Shown one piece after another: positions 1-9,253 of a DNA stretch of 24,000 nt. The number at the start of each line of letters is the position of its first letter. Position 1 is the first letter of the stretch. The stretch is from an uncultured Actinomycetota bacterium (GTDB taxonomy: Bacteria > Actinomycetota > Actinomycetes > Actinomycetales > Dermatophilaceae), in assembly GCA_963730585.1 (NCBI GenBank), contig CAVSSL010000011.1, positions 982,079-1,006,078 on the forward strand, read 5' to 3'. Under the pieces are notes generated by a model. That model did not search any database and had not been told where the DNA came from. It was given only the letters and a program-made list of their open reading frames with translations. A program made the position numbers and the translations under genes.

Positions 1-267
1 GGTGCCCTCGACGAGCGACCAGGACAGCACGCCCGTGCCGTTCTTCTGGATGTCCCACTCGTAGTCCAGGACGTAGGTGTCCTTGATGACGCCGGCGTCC
101 AGGGTGAAGCGCACCTGGTCCGCCCAGCCGTCGCCCTCCTCGGAGAGCACGGTGACCTGCTTGACCTCCGCCGCCCAGTGCGGGTAGCTCTCGAAGTCGG
201 CGATGACGTCGAGCACCTCGCCGGGTCTGGCGGCGATGTCGATGCTGGACTCTGTGCGGTCGGCCAT
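1..267 (-). CDS. SRPBCC / polyketide-cyclase-like protein (partial, runs off window start)
   Basis: Manual translation from ATG at 267: MADRTESSIDIAARPGEVLDVIADFESYPHWAAEVKQVTVLSEEGDGW...; typical N-terminus of actinobacterial SRPBCC proteins. Open to window edge. Confidence 0.8.
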   Translation of the reverse strand, partial: MADRTESSIDIAARPGEVLDVIADFESYPHWAAEVKQVTVLSEEGDGWADQVRFTLDAGVIKDTYVLDYEWDIQKNGTGVLSWSLVEGT

Positions 268-277
268 GGCCGGAAGG

Positions 278-628
278 CTACAACGTGGCCTGTTCGAGTC
301 GGTCCTTGAGTGCGTGGACGGCGCGCTTCCACCGCAGCTGGTGCCGCACCGCCACGTCCGGGGGTGCTCCGCGGCCCCGCTCCCCGCGCACGTAGTGGTG
401 CACGATCGCGCCGTCCCAGAACGGTTCGATCCACACCTCCATGTCCCCCACGACGGCGCCGTCGACGGTCCAGCGCAGCCCCTTGAGCCCGCGGTCGCGC
501 ACCAGCGTGCGCCGCAGGTGCGGCCACAGCCGGTCGAGGCGCTCCTCGTCGTCGAGCCAGCCGCGCACCACCGCGGGCGCAGCCCGCAGGTAGGTCTCGT
601 CGATGATGTCGACGCGCGAGGGTGCCAT
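278..628 (-). CDS. Conserved hypothetical protein (about 116 aa), adjacent to SRPBCC gene
   Basis: ORF with internal ATG start MAPSRVDIIDETYLRAAPAVVRGWLDDEERLDRLWPHLRRTLVRDRG...; the longer ORF start at 715 would run into the intergenic region upstream of the divergent acyl-CoA ligase. Confidence 0.65.
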   Translation of the reverse strand: MAPSRVDIIDETYLRAAPAVVRGWLDDEERLDRLWPHLRRTLVRDRGLKGLRWTVDGAVVGDMEVWIEPFWDGAIVHHYVRGERGRGAPPDVAVRHQLRWKRAVHALKDRLEQATL

Positions 629-735
629 GCGTCGAGGGTGCCACGGGCCATGTGACGAGCGCCGCCGGGCTCCCACGCCGGCGCTACCGGTGGGTACAGT
701 TCCGTGCAGGCCCATAACGCGTCAAAGGAGACCCA

Positions 736-2523
736 GTGCAGGACCACGTCGTCCCCCCGCTCGTCGAGCCCACGACCGAGGGGAGTCTCGCCGACCTGCC
801 GGCCCGCAACGCGGCACGCGACCCCCGGCGGGTGGCCTTCTCGAAGAAGGTCGGCGACCGGTGGGTCGACGTCACCGCCGCCGAGTTCCACGACGAGGTC
901 CGTGCCGTGGCGAAGGGGCTGGTGGCGAGCGGCCTGCGCACCGGTGACCGCGTCGGCATCATGAGCAAGACCCGCTACGAGTGGACGGTCGCCGACTTCG
1001 CCGTCTGGACGGCGGGCGGGGTGTCGGTGCCGATCTACGAGACCTCCTCCGCCGAGCAGGTGCTCTGGATCCTCCAGGACTCCGGCGCCCGCGCCGTCGT
1101 CGTGGAGACCCCGGCGCACGAGGCGACCGTGGCCGAGGTGCGCGACGACCTGCCGGCGCTCGAGCACGTCTGGCAGATCGACGCGGGTGGCCTCGACGCC
1201 CTCCGGGAGAGTGGCGCGGGCGTCACCGACGCCGACCTCGACGCCGCTCGCAAGGACGTCGACCGCGCGTCGGTGGCGACGATCATCTACACCTCCGGCA
1301 CGACCGGCCGCCCCAAGGGCTGCCAGCTGACGCACGACAACTTCATGGCGCTGTCGGAGAACGCCGTCCAGCGTCTCGAGCAGGTGGTCCAGCGCGAGGG
1401 TGCCTCCACCCTGCTGTTCCTGCCGCTGGCCCACGTGTTCGCACGCTTCATCCAGGTGCTGTGCGTCAGCGGCGAGGCGAAGATGGGCCACAGCGCCGAC
1501 ATCAAGAACCTGCTGGCCGACTTCGCGGACTTCAAGCCGACCTTCATCCTCTCGGTGCCGCGCGTCTTCGAGAAGATCTACAACTCGGCCGAGCAGAAGG
1601 CGACCGCCGAGGGCAAGGGCAAGATCTTCGCGACCGCGGCCGACACCGCCATCGCCTGGTCGACGGCCCTCGACAGCGGCGGCGCGGGCCTCGGGCTGCG
1701 CCTGCGCCACGCCGTCTTCGACCGGCTCGTCTACGGCAAGCTCCGGGCCGCCATGGGCGGCCAGGTCCTGTATGCCGTGTCCGGCGGCGCCCCGCTCGGC
1801 ACCCGCCTCGGCCACTTCTTCCGTGGCATCGGCGTCACGGTCCTCGAGGGCTACGGGCTCACCGAGACCACTGCGCCGGCGACGGTGAACATCCCGGAGA
1901 AGGTGAAGATCGGCACCGTCGGGCCGCCGCTGCCCGGCGTCGGCATCCGCATCGCCGACGACGGCGAGGTCCTGATCCAGGGCAACAACGTCTTCACGAG
2001 CTACCACAACAACGACGAGGCGACGTCGGCCGCCGTGCAGGGCGGGTGGTTCCACACCGGCGACATCGGCGAGCTCGACGAGGACGGCTACCTCAGGATC
2101 ACGGGCCGCAAGAAGGAGCTGCTCGTCACGGCCGGGGGCAAGAACGTCGCCCCCGCCGTCCTCGAGGACCGGCTGCGCGCCCACCCCCTGGTGTCGCAGT
2201 GCATCGTCGTCGGCGACCAGAAGCCGTTCATCGGCGCACTCATCACCCTCGACCCCGAGATGTACCCCACCTGGGCGAGGAACAACGGCATCGACGGCGT
2301 CACCCTCGAGCAGGCCCGCACCAACGAGGTGGTCCGCGCCGAGATCCAGCGCGCCGTCGACGACGCCAACAGGGCGGTCTCGAAGGCCGAGTCGATCCGC
2401 AAGTTCGCCATCCTCGAGGGCGACTTCACCGAGGACAACGGCTACCTGACGCCGTCGATGAAGCTCAAGCGCAACATCGTCCTGAAGGACTTCCACGAGG
2501 ACGTCGAAGGCCTCTACGCCTGA
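736..2523 (+). CDS. fadD: AMP-dependent long-chain fatty-acid-CoA ligase (FadD15-like)
   Basis: 595 aa; ATIIYTSGTTGRPKGC (AMP-binding P-loop), GYGLTET, HTGDIG, ITGRKKELLVTAGGKNVAP; AAAGGAG ribosome binding site upstream of the GTG start. Confidence 0.93.
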   Translation: MQDHVVPPLVEPTTEGSLADLPARNAARDPRRVAFSKKVGDRWVDVTAAEFHDEVRAVAKGLVASGLRTGDRVGIMSKTRYEWTVADFAVWTAGGVSVPIYETSSAEQVLWILQDSGARAVVVETPAHEATVAEVRDDLPALEHVWQIDAGGLDALRESGAGVTDADLDAARKDVDRASVATIIYTSGTTGRPKGCQLTHDNFMALSENAVQRLEQVVQREGASTLLFLPLAHVFARFIQVLCVSGEAKMGHSADIKNLLADFADFKPTFILSVPRVFEKIYNSAEQKATAEGKGKIFATAADTAIAWSTALDSGGAGLGLRLRHAVFDRLVYGKLRAAMGGQVLYAVSGGAPLGTRLGHFFRGIGVTVLEGYGLTETTAPATVNIPEKVKIGTVGPPLPGVGIRIADDGEVLIQGNNVFTSYHNNDEATSAAVQGGWFHTGDIGELDEDGYLRITGRKKELLVTAGGKNVAPAVLEDRLRAHPLVSQCIVVGDQKPFIGALITLDPEMYPTWARNNGIDGVTLEQARTNEVVRAEIQRAVDDANRAVSKAESIRKFAILEGDFTEDNGYLTPSMKLKRNIVLKDFHEDVEGLYA

Positions 2524-2567
2524 GCCCCGCAGCCGGCCCGGCAGGTCGCGACCTCTACGGTCTACGC

Positions 2568-3955
2568 ATGCCTCCCCGCGCCTCGCAGAGCCAGGCCATC
2601 GCCTTCGCGGTGGCCTGGCTCGCGTACTTCTCGGCCCTGCAGTGGAGCGTGGTGCGCTTCCGGGTCGTCATCGTGCTCGTGCTGACCGGGTGCGCCGTGG
2701 CGCTCACCGTCTGGCAGTGGCGCCGCTCCCGGGTCTGGCTCACGCCGCCGGTCGTGACGGGCATGCTGGCCGGCAGCGCCCTGGCCACCCTGGCGGTGCC
2801 GCTCTTCTCCTACCTCGACGACACCGGACTCGCCGTCGCCACCACGACGCTGGTGGCCGGGCCGCTCGTCGTGGCGGCCCTGCTGTGGTCCGGTCGCGAG
2901 CGCGCGGCTCTGCCCGCGTTGGCGACGAGCATCGGTGCGTATGCCGTGGCCGGTGCCACCGCCGTGGTCACCGACCCGGCCCCGAAGATCGACGTGTGGG
3001 TCACCCTGCAGCAGGCCAGCGACGCCCTGGCCCGCGGCGAGAGCTTCTACGAGGTGACCTGGACCGGCTCGCCCGGCATCCAGGACGCCTTCACCTACCT
3101 GCCCTTCACCACGGTGCTGCTCGCCCCCGGCAAGTGGCTGGCCGGGGACGTGCGCTGGGCCCTGCTGGTGTGGACCCTCGTCGCCGCGGCGGGCGCCTGG
3201 GTGCTGGCCACCCGCATCCTGAGCCGCCACGCGGCGCACGGAGCGGCATACGGACCCGTGCCGGAGACCGGTCCGGGGCTCGCTGGCGGGCGGCCGCGGT
3301 GGTCGCGCTGCTGCTCTTCGCGCCGGGCACCCTCACGCAGGTCGACCAGGCCTGGACGGAGCCGCTGCTGCTCGCCGGCCTGGTCTGGTGGGCGGTGCTC
3401 GTCGACCGCGGCAGTGAGCGCGCGGCCTGGTGGGCGGTCGTGCCGCTGGCCCTGGCCTGCGCCAGCAAGCAGCACCTCGCGGTGCTGCTGCCGGTGCTGC
3501 TGGTGTGGCGGCCCTTCGGCGTCCGCCGCACCCTGGCGACCGGCGCCCTCACCGGGCTGTTCATCGCGCCGTGGTTCCTCGCCGGGCCGTCCGACTTCCT
3601 GCACGACACCGTGACGCTGCTCGTGTCGTTCCCGCCGCTGAAGTTCGCCAACACCCTCTACCTGCTGGCGCTCAACACCTTCGGGGTGACGCTGCCGTTC
3701 TGGGTGACCGGCCTGGTCGTGCTCGGCACGCTGGGCGCGGTGGTCTTCGTCGTCTGGCGTCGCCAGCCGGCCCTGGCCGAGGTGCTGCGGTGGCTGGCCC
3801 TGGTGCTGCTGGTGGCCAACCTCGTCAACAAGCAGGCCTTCTACAACCAGTTCTGGCTCGCCGGGGCCCTGGTGGTCGTGTCGCTGGCCGCGGCAGCCCA
3901 GCCCGTGGTCAGGCGCGCGCCAGGCGACGCAGGTAGGACAGCCACTCACGTGTGA
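2568..3955 (+). pseudogene. Multi-pass membrane protein, possible GT-C/GT87-type glycosyltransferase, split by an apparent frameshift near 3225-3300
   Basis: N-terminal half lies in the frame of the 981..3614 ORF (MPPRASQSQAIAFAVAWLAYFSALQW...WALLVWTLVAAAGAWVLATRILSRHAAHG). The C-terminal half lies in the frame of the 2642..3955 ORF (AAAVVALLLFAPGTLTQVDQAWTEPLLLAGLVWWAVLV...KQAFYNQFWLAGALVVVSLAAAAQP). Both halves are hydrophobic and contiguous. Confidence 0.6.
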
Positions 3956-5240
3956 AGGCCGGCTCGCTGGTGCCGAGCACGGACGCGAACGCCTTGCGGG
4001 TGTTCTCGTCGGGGTCGCCGGGCGGCGCCGACGCGCTGGGGCGGCTCGCCGCGCTCAGGTAGAACCGGACCAGAGCCTTCTCGCCGTGCCGGTCGGCGAT
4101 GCGGCAGGCGGCCAGCCAGGCGGCGTTGTAGCTGGGGGCGATGGTCGAGGTCGACGGGTCGAAGTCGCGCTCGGTCGGCAGGGTGCGGGGACCGCTCCCC
4201 TGCCGCACGCGGTCCAGCAGCGCGTCCGCAATGGTCGTGCGGGGCAGGTCGACCGCGCTGTAGCCGATGTAGTCGGCCAGACCTTCCGACAGCCAGAGCG
4301 GCACGGGGCGGTTGGTCGAGGCCCGCACCGCGACGTGCGTCGTCTCATGGGTGATGACCACCTGCCGGCCGGTCGGCTGCAGCCGCGCAAAGGCCTGCGG
4401 GTTGACCACGATGCGGTCGGAGCCGGCCCGGCCGTCGGCACCGAGCGAGCCGTCGGTGACGGCCGCCACCTGCTCGACGCTGGCCGCGGACTGTCCCAGC
4501 TGCTCGGCCATCTCGCCGGCGGTCGCGGGCACCACCAGCACGAGCCGCGAGCCCCACGGCCGGGTCCAGACCCGCTCGACCCGGCTGACGGCCTCGTCGC
4601 CGAGGCGCAGGTAGCCGGTGAGGTCGCGCACTCCCCCGCTGCCCACCACGAGGGTGGTCCGGCTCGAGGCGACGCGCAGGTCGGGCAGGTCCCACAGCTG
4701 CGCCTGGGTGCCGCCGTCCGAGTCGTCAGCGAGCTTCCAGCCGCCGGCCCGGCTGACCGCGGTCAGGTGCGTCTCGTAGGTGCGCGGCAGCCGGTCCCAG
4801 CCCTTGAGCGTGTAGCGGCCCTCGACGCGCGCGACCCACGCGTCCGGTCCGACCTCGGCTGCCCGCTCGGCGCCCAGCGCGGCTGCCGGCTCGGGTGTCC
4901 CGTAGTCGAAGGTGCCCAGCGGCAGGCGCACGAGGTTGTCGAAGACCTCGAGCTGGCGCAGCCCGAAGCCCGACCTCGGGTCGTCAAGGGTGGCGGCGAA
5001 CCGGGCCCGGTCGTGGGCGAGCACCGCCTTCGCCCGTTCGTCGAGCAGCTCCTGCAGGGCCTCGACCCGGGCGACGTCGGGGTCGACCGTCGGGCTGCCG
5101 GCCGACGGCGCCGCCGGGGCACTCGCGCTGGGGCCGCCCGTCGGTCGGTCCAGCTCGACGGCGGTGCGCTCCGAGCAGCCGACCAGGCCGGCCGCGAGGA
5201 CGGCGGCGGCCAGCGCGGAGACACGTCGCGTCGTCGTCAC
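3909..5240 (-). CDS. Lipoprotein with HExxH metallopeptidase-like (gluzincin-type) motif
   Basis: 443 aa; lipobox-like LAAGLVGC; VVITHETTHVAVRAS...PLWLSEGLADYIGY (HExxH plus downstream Glu). Confidence 0.75.
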   Translation of the reverse strand: MTTTRRVSALAAAVLAAGLVGCSERTAVELDRPTGGPSASAPAAPSAGSPTVDPDVARVEALQELLDERAKAVLAHDRARFAATLDDPRSGFGLRQLEVFDNLVRLPLGTFDYGTPEPAAALGAERAAEVGPDAWVARVEGRYTLKGWDRLPRTYETHLTAVSRAGGWKLADDSDGGTQAQLWDLPDLRVASSRTTLVVGSGGVRDLTGYLRLGDEAVSRVERVWTRPWGSRLVLVVPATAGEMAEQLGQSAASVEQVAAVTDGSLGADGRAGSDRIVVNPQAFARLQPTGRQVVITHETTHVAVRASTNRPVPLWLSEGLADYIGYSAVDLPRTTIADALLDRVRQGSGPRTLPTERDFDPSTSTIAPSYNAAWLAACRIADRHGEKALVRFYLSAASRPSASAPPGDPDENTRKAFASVLGTSEPAFTREWLSYLRRLARA

Positions 5241-5267
5241 GCCGTCATCGTAGGCAGGCGCCGCGGG

Positions 5268-5495
5268 TCAGCCGACCGCGCGCACCCCCTGCCAGGGCTC
5301 GCGGCGCGCCCGAAGGCCGGCGGCCTCCTGAGGCGCCACGAGACCGGAGGCGACGAACAGCGTCACCGCGGCACGCTCCGAGGCGTCGAGCGGCAGGTCG
5401 GCAGTCGGCGGCTCCAGCAGCGCCGTCACCATGCAGTCACCGCACTGGAGCTCGCGGACTGGGCAGGACGTGCAGTCGATGATCACCGTGATCAC
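5268..5495 (-). CDS. Small cysteine-rich conserved hypothetical protein (75 aa)
   Basis: GTG start preceded by AAAGGAAGG; VITVIIDCTSCPVRELQCGDCMVTALLEPPTADLPLDASERAAVTLFVASGLVAPQEAAGLRARREPWQGVRAVG; two CxxC motifs. The longer ORF (to 6206) is antisense to the exonuclease gene. Confidence 0.72.
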   Translation of the reverse strand: MITVIIDCTSCPVRELQCGDCMVTALLEPPTADLPLDASERAAVTLFVASGLVAPQEAAGLRARREPWQGVRAVG

Positions 5496-5631
5496 CCCTT
5501 CCTTTGCTACTGCCCACCACCGTAGGAAGGACCACCGACAACGCACCCCGGGCACCCGGTGGACACCGGTCCACGACCCCCAGTGGCGCGCCTTCGACGG
5601 GCTGTCGGCGCCCCGGCATACCGTCTGGCGC

Positions 5632-7350
5632 ATGCAGATGGTCCAAGGCACGTTCGACGACCTGGGCACCGCGCTCTCCGGTGTCACGTTCGTCGTCGTC
5701 GACCTCGAGACCACCGGCGGCAGCCCCGCCGAGTCGCAGATCACCGAGATCGGCGCCGTGAAGGTCCGCGGCGGCGAGGTGCTCGGGGAGTTCCAGACCC
5801 TGGTCAACCCCGGCGCCCCGATCCCGGCGTTCATCCAGGTGCTCACCGGCATCACCGACGCGATGGTCGCCACGGCCCCGCGCATCGACACGGCCCTGCC
5901 GGCCTTCCTGGAGTTCGCCCGCGGGTCGGTGCTGGTGGCCCACAACGCCGGGTTCGACATCTCCTTCCTCAAGGCGGCCGCGGCCCGCACGGGCAACCGC
6001 TGGCCCGGCTTCGAGGTGCTCGACACCGTCACCCTCGCCCGGCAGCTGGTACCCCGCGACGAGGTGCGCAACCACAAGCTCTCGACGCTCGCGGCGCTGT
6101 TCGGCTCGCCGACCACGCCCGACCACCGGGCGCTGCACGACGCCCGCGCCACCGTCGACGTGCTGCACGCCCTCATCGGGCGGGTGGGCAACCTCGGGGT
6201 GCACACCCTCGAGGAGCTGAGCAGCTACACCTCGCGCGTGACGCCGGCGACCCGCCGCAAGCGCTACCTCGCCCAGGACCTGCCCTCCGCCCCGGGCGTC
6301 TACCTGTTCAAGGACGGCAACGGCCGCGTGCTCTACGTCGGCACGTCGGTCAACATCCGCACCCGGGTGCGCAGCTACTTCACCGCCTCCGAGCAGCGCA
6401 CCCGGATGGCTGAGATGGTCCGGCTGGCCGAGAGCGTGACGCCCATCGTCTGCGCCACCACCCTCGAGGCCGAGGTGCGCGAGCTGCGCCTCATCGCCGA
6501 GCACAAGCCGCGGTACAACCGGCGCTCCAAGGCCCCCGAGCGCGGCGTGTGGGTCAAGCTCACCGTCGAGGCGTTTCCCCGGCTGAGCATGGTGCGCGAG
6601 GTGCGCGCCGACGGGGCACGCTACATCGGTCCCTTCTCCAGCCGTGGCTCCGCCGAGGCCGCCATCGCCGCGGTCCACGAGGTCGTCCCGCTGCGCCAGT
6701 GCGTGCAGCGGCTCTCCCCCGCGAAGCGGGTCAGCGCCTGCGCGCTGGCCGACATGGGCCGCTGCGGTGCGCCGTGCACGGGAGCCCAGAGCGTGGAGGA
6801 GTATGCCGCGGTGGCGGTCCGCGCGGGTGTCGCCCTGGCAGGTGACAGCCGCGAGGTCGTCACAGCCCTGCGGGCGCGGATGGTCACCCTCGCCGAGCAG
6901 GAGCGCTTCGAGGACGCCGGTGTGCTGCGCGACCGGCTGCTCGCCCTCGTCCGCGGCATGGCCCGGACCCAACGCATCGCTCCGCTGGCGTCCAGCGCCG
7001 AGGTCGTCGCCGCCAGGCCGGCCGCCCTCGGCGGGTGGGAGCTGGTGTGCGTCCGCCACGGACGCCTGGCCGGCAGCAGCACCTCCCCCCGCGGGGCGGA
7101 CCCGATGCCCTACGTCGAGGCCCTGCGCGCCAGCGCCGAGGCCGTCACCCCCTCGCCTGCCCCGGCGCCCGCCGCCACGGCCGAGGAGTCGGAGAAGATC
7201 CTGCGCTGGCTCGAGACGCCCGGCGTGCGGCTCGTCGACCTCGAGGGACAGTGGACCTGCCCGGTCGGGGGTGCCGGCGCAGCCCGGGCCCAGCTCGAGC
7301 CGCAGGCGGTGTCGCGCCACGAGGCGGCAGGCTTCGTCGCCGCGTCCTGA
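5632..7350 (+). CDS. DEDDh 3'-5' exonuclease domain fused to GIY-YIG / UvrC N-terminal-like nuclease region (Rv2191-type)
   Basis: FVVVDLETTGG...VLVAHNAGFDISFL...DHRALHDARAT (Exo I/II/III); LPSAPGVYLFKDGNGRVLYVGTSVNIRTRV (GIY-YIG); CVQRLSP...CALADMGRCGAPC; UVR-like EQERFEDAGVLRDRL. Start ATG at 5632 or 5638 is approximate. Confidence 0.9.
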   Translation: MQMVQGTFDDLGTALSGVTFVVVDLETTGGSPAESQITEIGAVKVRGGEVLGEFQTLVNPGAPIPAFIQVLTGITDAMVATAPRIDTALPAFLEFARGSVLVAHNAGFDISFLKAAAARTGNRWPGFEVLDTVTLARQLVPRDEVRNHKLSTLAALFGSPTTPDHRALHDARATVDVLHALIGRVGNLGVHTLEELSSYTSRVTPATRRKRYLAQDLPSAPGVYLFKDGNGRVLYVGTSVNIRTRVRSYFTASEQRTRMAEMVRLAESVTPIVCATTLEAEVRELRLIAEHKPRYNRRSKAPERGVWVKLTVEAFPRLSMVREVRADGARYIGPFSSRGSAEAAIAAVHEVVPLRQCVQRLSPAKRVSACALADMGRCGAPCTGAQSVEEYAAVAVRAGVALAGDSREVVTALRARMVTLAEQERFEDAGVLRDRLLALVRGMARTQRIAPLASSAEVVAARPAALGGWELVCVRHGRLAGSSTSPRGADPMPYVEALRASAEAVTPSPAPAPAATAEESEKILRWLETPGVRLVDLEGQWTCPVGGAGAARAQLEPQAVSRHEAAGFVAAS

Positions 7351-7384
7351 GCGTCGCCACCGGCCTCGGCACTACTGTGGGCCC

Positions 7385-7669
7385 GTGATCTCTGCCATCG
7401 TCCTCATCAACGCCGAAGTCGACCGCATCCCCGAGGTGGCCCAGGCCATCGCCGAGCTCGACGGCGTGAGCGAGGTCTACTCGGTGGCCGGCGACGTCGA
7501 CCTCATCGCCATGGTGCGGGTGCGGGCCCACGAGGAGCTCGCCGACGTCATCGCCGACCGGCTGAACAAGGTCGACGGCGTCACCGGCACCTCGACCCAC
7601 ATCGCGTTCCGGACCTACTCCCGGCACGACCTCGAGGCGGCGTTCAGCCTCGGCCTCGACGACGCCTAG
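7385..7669 (+). CDS. Lrp/AsnC ligand-binding (RAM) domain-only protein
   Basis: GTG start; 94 aa VISAIVLINAEVDRIPEVAQAIAELDGVSEVYSVAGDVDLIAMVRVRAHEELADVIADRLNKVDGVTGTSTHIAFRTYS; no HTH domain. Confidence 0.85.
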   Translation: MISAIVLINAEVDRIPEVAQAIAELDGVSEVYSVAGDVDLIAMVRVRAHEELADVIADRLNKVDGVTGTSTHIAFRTYSRHDLEAAFSLGLDDA

Positions 7670-7715
7670 GTCGAGAGGGCGTCCAGCCCCGACGACGCAG
7701 GGTGTGCCGCCCGCC

Positions 7716-8783
7716 TCAGAGGTCGTCGCGCTGGGTCGCCTGGGCCCAGGCGTCGAGCCGGCGCAGGGCCTCGCCCGAGTCCAGGGCCTGCTCGGCCCGG
7801 TCCATGCCGCGGCGCACGCCGGCGACGAAGTCCTCCTCGGTGCTTCCGGCGTCCGGCTCGGTCAACGCCAACGCGATCCCGGCGTTGAGCACCACCGCGT
7901 CCCGCACCGGGGAGCGCTGTCCCTCGAAGACCTGCCGGGCCACGCCGGCGTTGTGCGCGGCGTCGGCACCCCGCAGGGTCTCCAGCGGGTGCAGCTCGAG
8001 CCCGACGTCGCGCGGGTCGAGCCGGTGCTCGCGCACCTGGCCGGCGCGGACCCACCACACCTGCGACGTCGTGCTGATCGTGAGCTCGTCGAGCCCGTCG
8101 TCGCCGCGGAACACCGCCGCGTCCTTCCCCCGCCCGGCGAACACGCCGGCCATGAGCGGAGCCACGCGGGCATCGGCGACGCCCACGGCGGCATACGTCG
8201 GGCGCGCCGGGTTGGTGAGCGGACCCAGGAGGTTGAAGGCGGTGCCGACGCCGAGGTCCCGGCGGGCCACGGCGGCGTGCCGCATCGAGGGGTGGAAAGT
8301 CTGCGCGAAGCAGAACGTGATGCCGGCGAGGTCGGCGACCCGCACCACCTGGTCAGGGCTCAAGGTGAGGTTGACCCCGAGGGCCTCCAGCACGTCCGCG
8401 GAGCCGGAGGACGACGAGGCCGCCCGGTTGCCGTGCTTGACCACGCGGATCCCGCTGGCGGCGATGACGATCGAGGCCATCGTGGAGATGTTGACCGTGT
8501 GGGCGCGGTCGCCGCCGGTGCCCACGATGTCCAGGCTCGGCTCGGCGACGGTGATGGGCCGCGCGTGGGCGAGCATGACGTCGGCCAGCCCGCGCACCTC
8601 GTCGACGCTCTCGCCCTTGGCGCGCAGGGCCACCAGGAAGCCGGCCTGCTGCACCGGTGAGGCCTCGCCGGTCATGATCTGGTCCATCGCCCAGGCCGCA
8701 GTCTCGGTGCTCAGGTCCTGGCCCGCGAGAAGTGAGGCCAGGAGGTCCGGCCACGTGAACGCGGCCGGCGCCGGGGAGGCCAT
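7716..8783 (-). CDS. trpD: Anthranilate phosphoribosyltransferase
   Basis: 355 aa from ATG at 8783; [54 protein letters not shown] motifs. Confidence 0.94.
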   Translation of the reverse strand: MASPAPAAFTWPDLLASLLAGQDLSTETAAWAMDQIMTGEASPVQQAGFLVALRAKGESVDEVRGLADVMLAHARPITVAEPSLDIVGTGGDRAHTVNISTMASIVIAASGIRVVKHGNRAASSSSGSADVLEALGVNLTLSPDQVVRVADLAGITFCFAQTFHPSMRHAAVARRDLGVGTAFNLLGPLTNPARPTYAAVGVADARVAPLMAGVFAGRGKDAAVFRGDDGLDELTISTTSQVWWVRAGQVREHRLDPRDVGLELHPLETLRGADAAHNAGVARQVFEGQRSPVRDAVVLNAGIALALTEPDAGSTEEDFVAGVRRGMDRAEQALDSGEALRRLDAWAQATQRDDL

Positions 8784-8788
8784 CGGCG

Positions 8789-9253
8789 TCAGGCCGTTGC
8801 CGCGTGGCCGCGGCGCCCCAGCTCGGCGACCGCGGACGCGAGGGCGATGGGGTCGAGCGGGTGCGGCACCGCGAGGTCGGCCTGCGACCAGGTGGCCAGC
8901 CAGCCGTCCTGCGGCCGCCCGGTCAGCACCAGGATCGGCGGGCAGCTGTACAGCTCGTTCTTCAGCTGGCGGCACAGGCCCAGGCCACCGGTCGGGGCAG
9001 CCTCGCCGTCGAGCACCAGCACGTCGAAGCGGCCGTTCTCCACGGCCTCGATGACCGCAGGAGCGGTGGCGCACTCACGCCACGAGGTGACCTCGACGTC
9101 ACGCGCCGGACGGCGGCCGACGTTGACGCGGACGGCGTCGCGGGTGGTGATGTCGTCGCTGTAGAGCAGCACCGAGATCTGGCGGACGGCGGAGCCGGCA
9201 CCGGCCGTCGTCGAGGCCGGGGTCGAGGCTGCGGTCGCGTGCGGAGCGGTCAT
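8789..9253 (-). CDS. Stand-alone response-regulator receiver-like protein
   Basis: 154 aa from ATG at 9253; [16 protein letters not shown]...[23 protein letters not shown]...PPILVLTGR...[18 protein letters not shown]; receiver-fold pattern, no output domain. Confidence 0.75.
   Translation of the reverse strand: MTAPHATAASTPASTTAGAGSAVRQISVLLYSDDITTRDAVRVNVGRRPARDVEVTSWRECATAPAVIEAVENGRFDVLVLDGEAAPTGGLGLCRQLKNELYSCPPILVLTGRPQDGWLATWSQADLAVPHPLDPIALASAVAELGRRGHAATA

Noticed and set aside
981-2560. N-terminal part of the 981..3614 ORF, overlapping the acyl-CoA ligase
   Set aside because: Only the region from 2568 onward has protein-like content; the first part is an out-of-frame reading of the ligase gene.
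5437-7320. 627-aa - strand ORF opposite the exonuclease/UvrC-like gene
   Set aside because: Shadow ORF; + strand reading carries all recognisable motifs.
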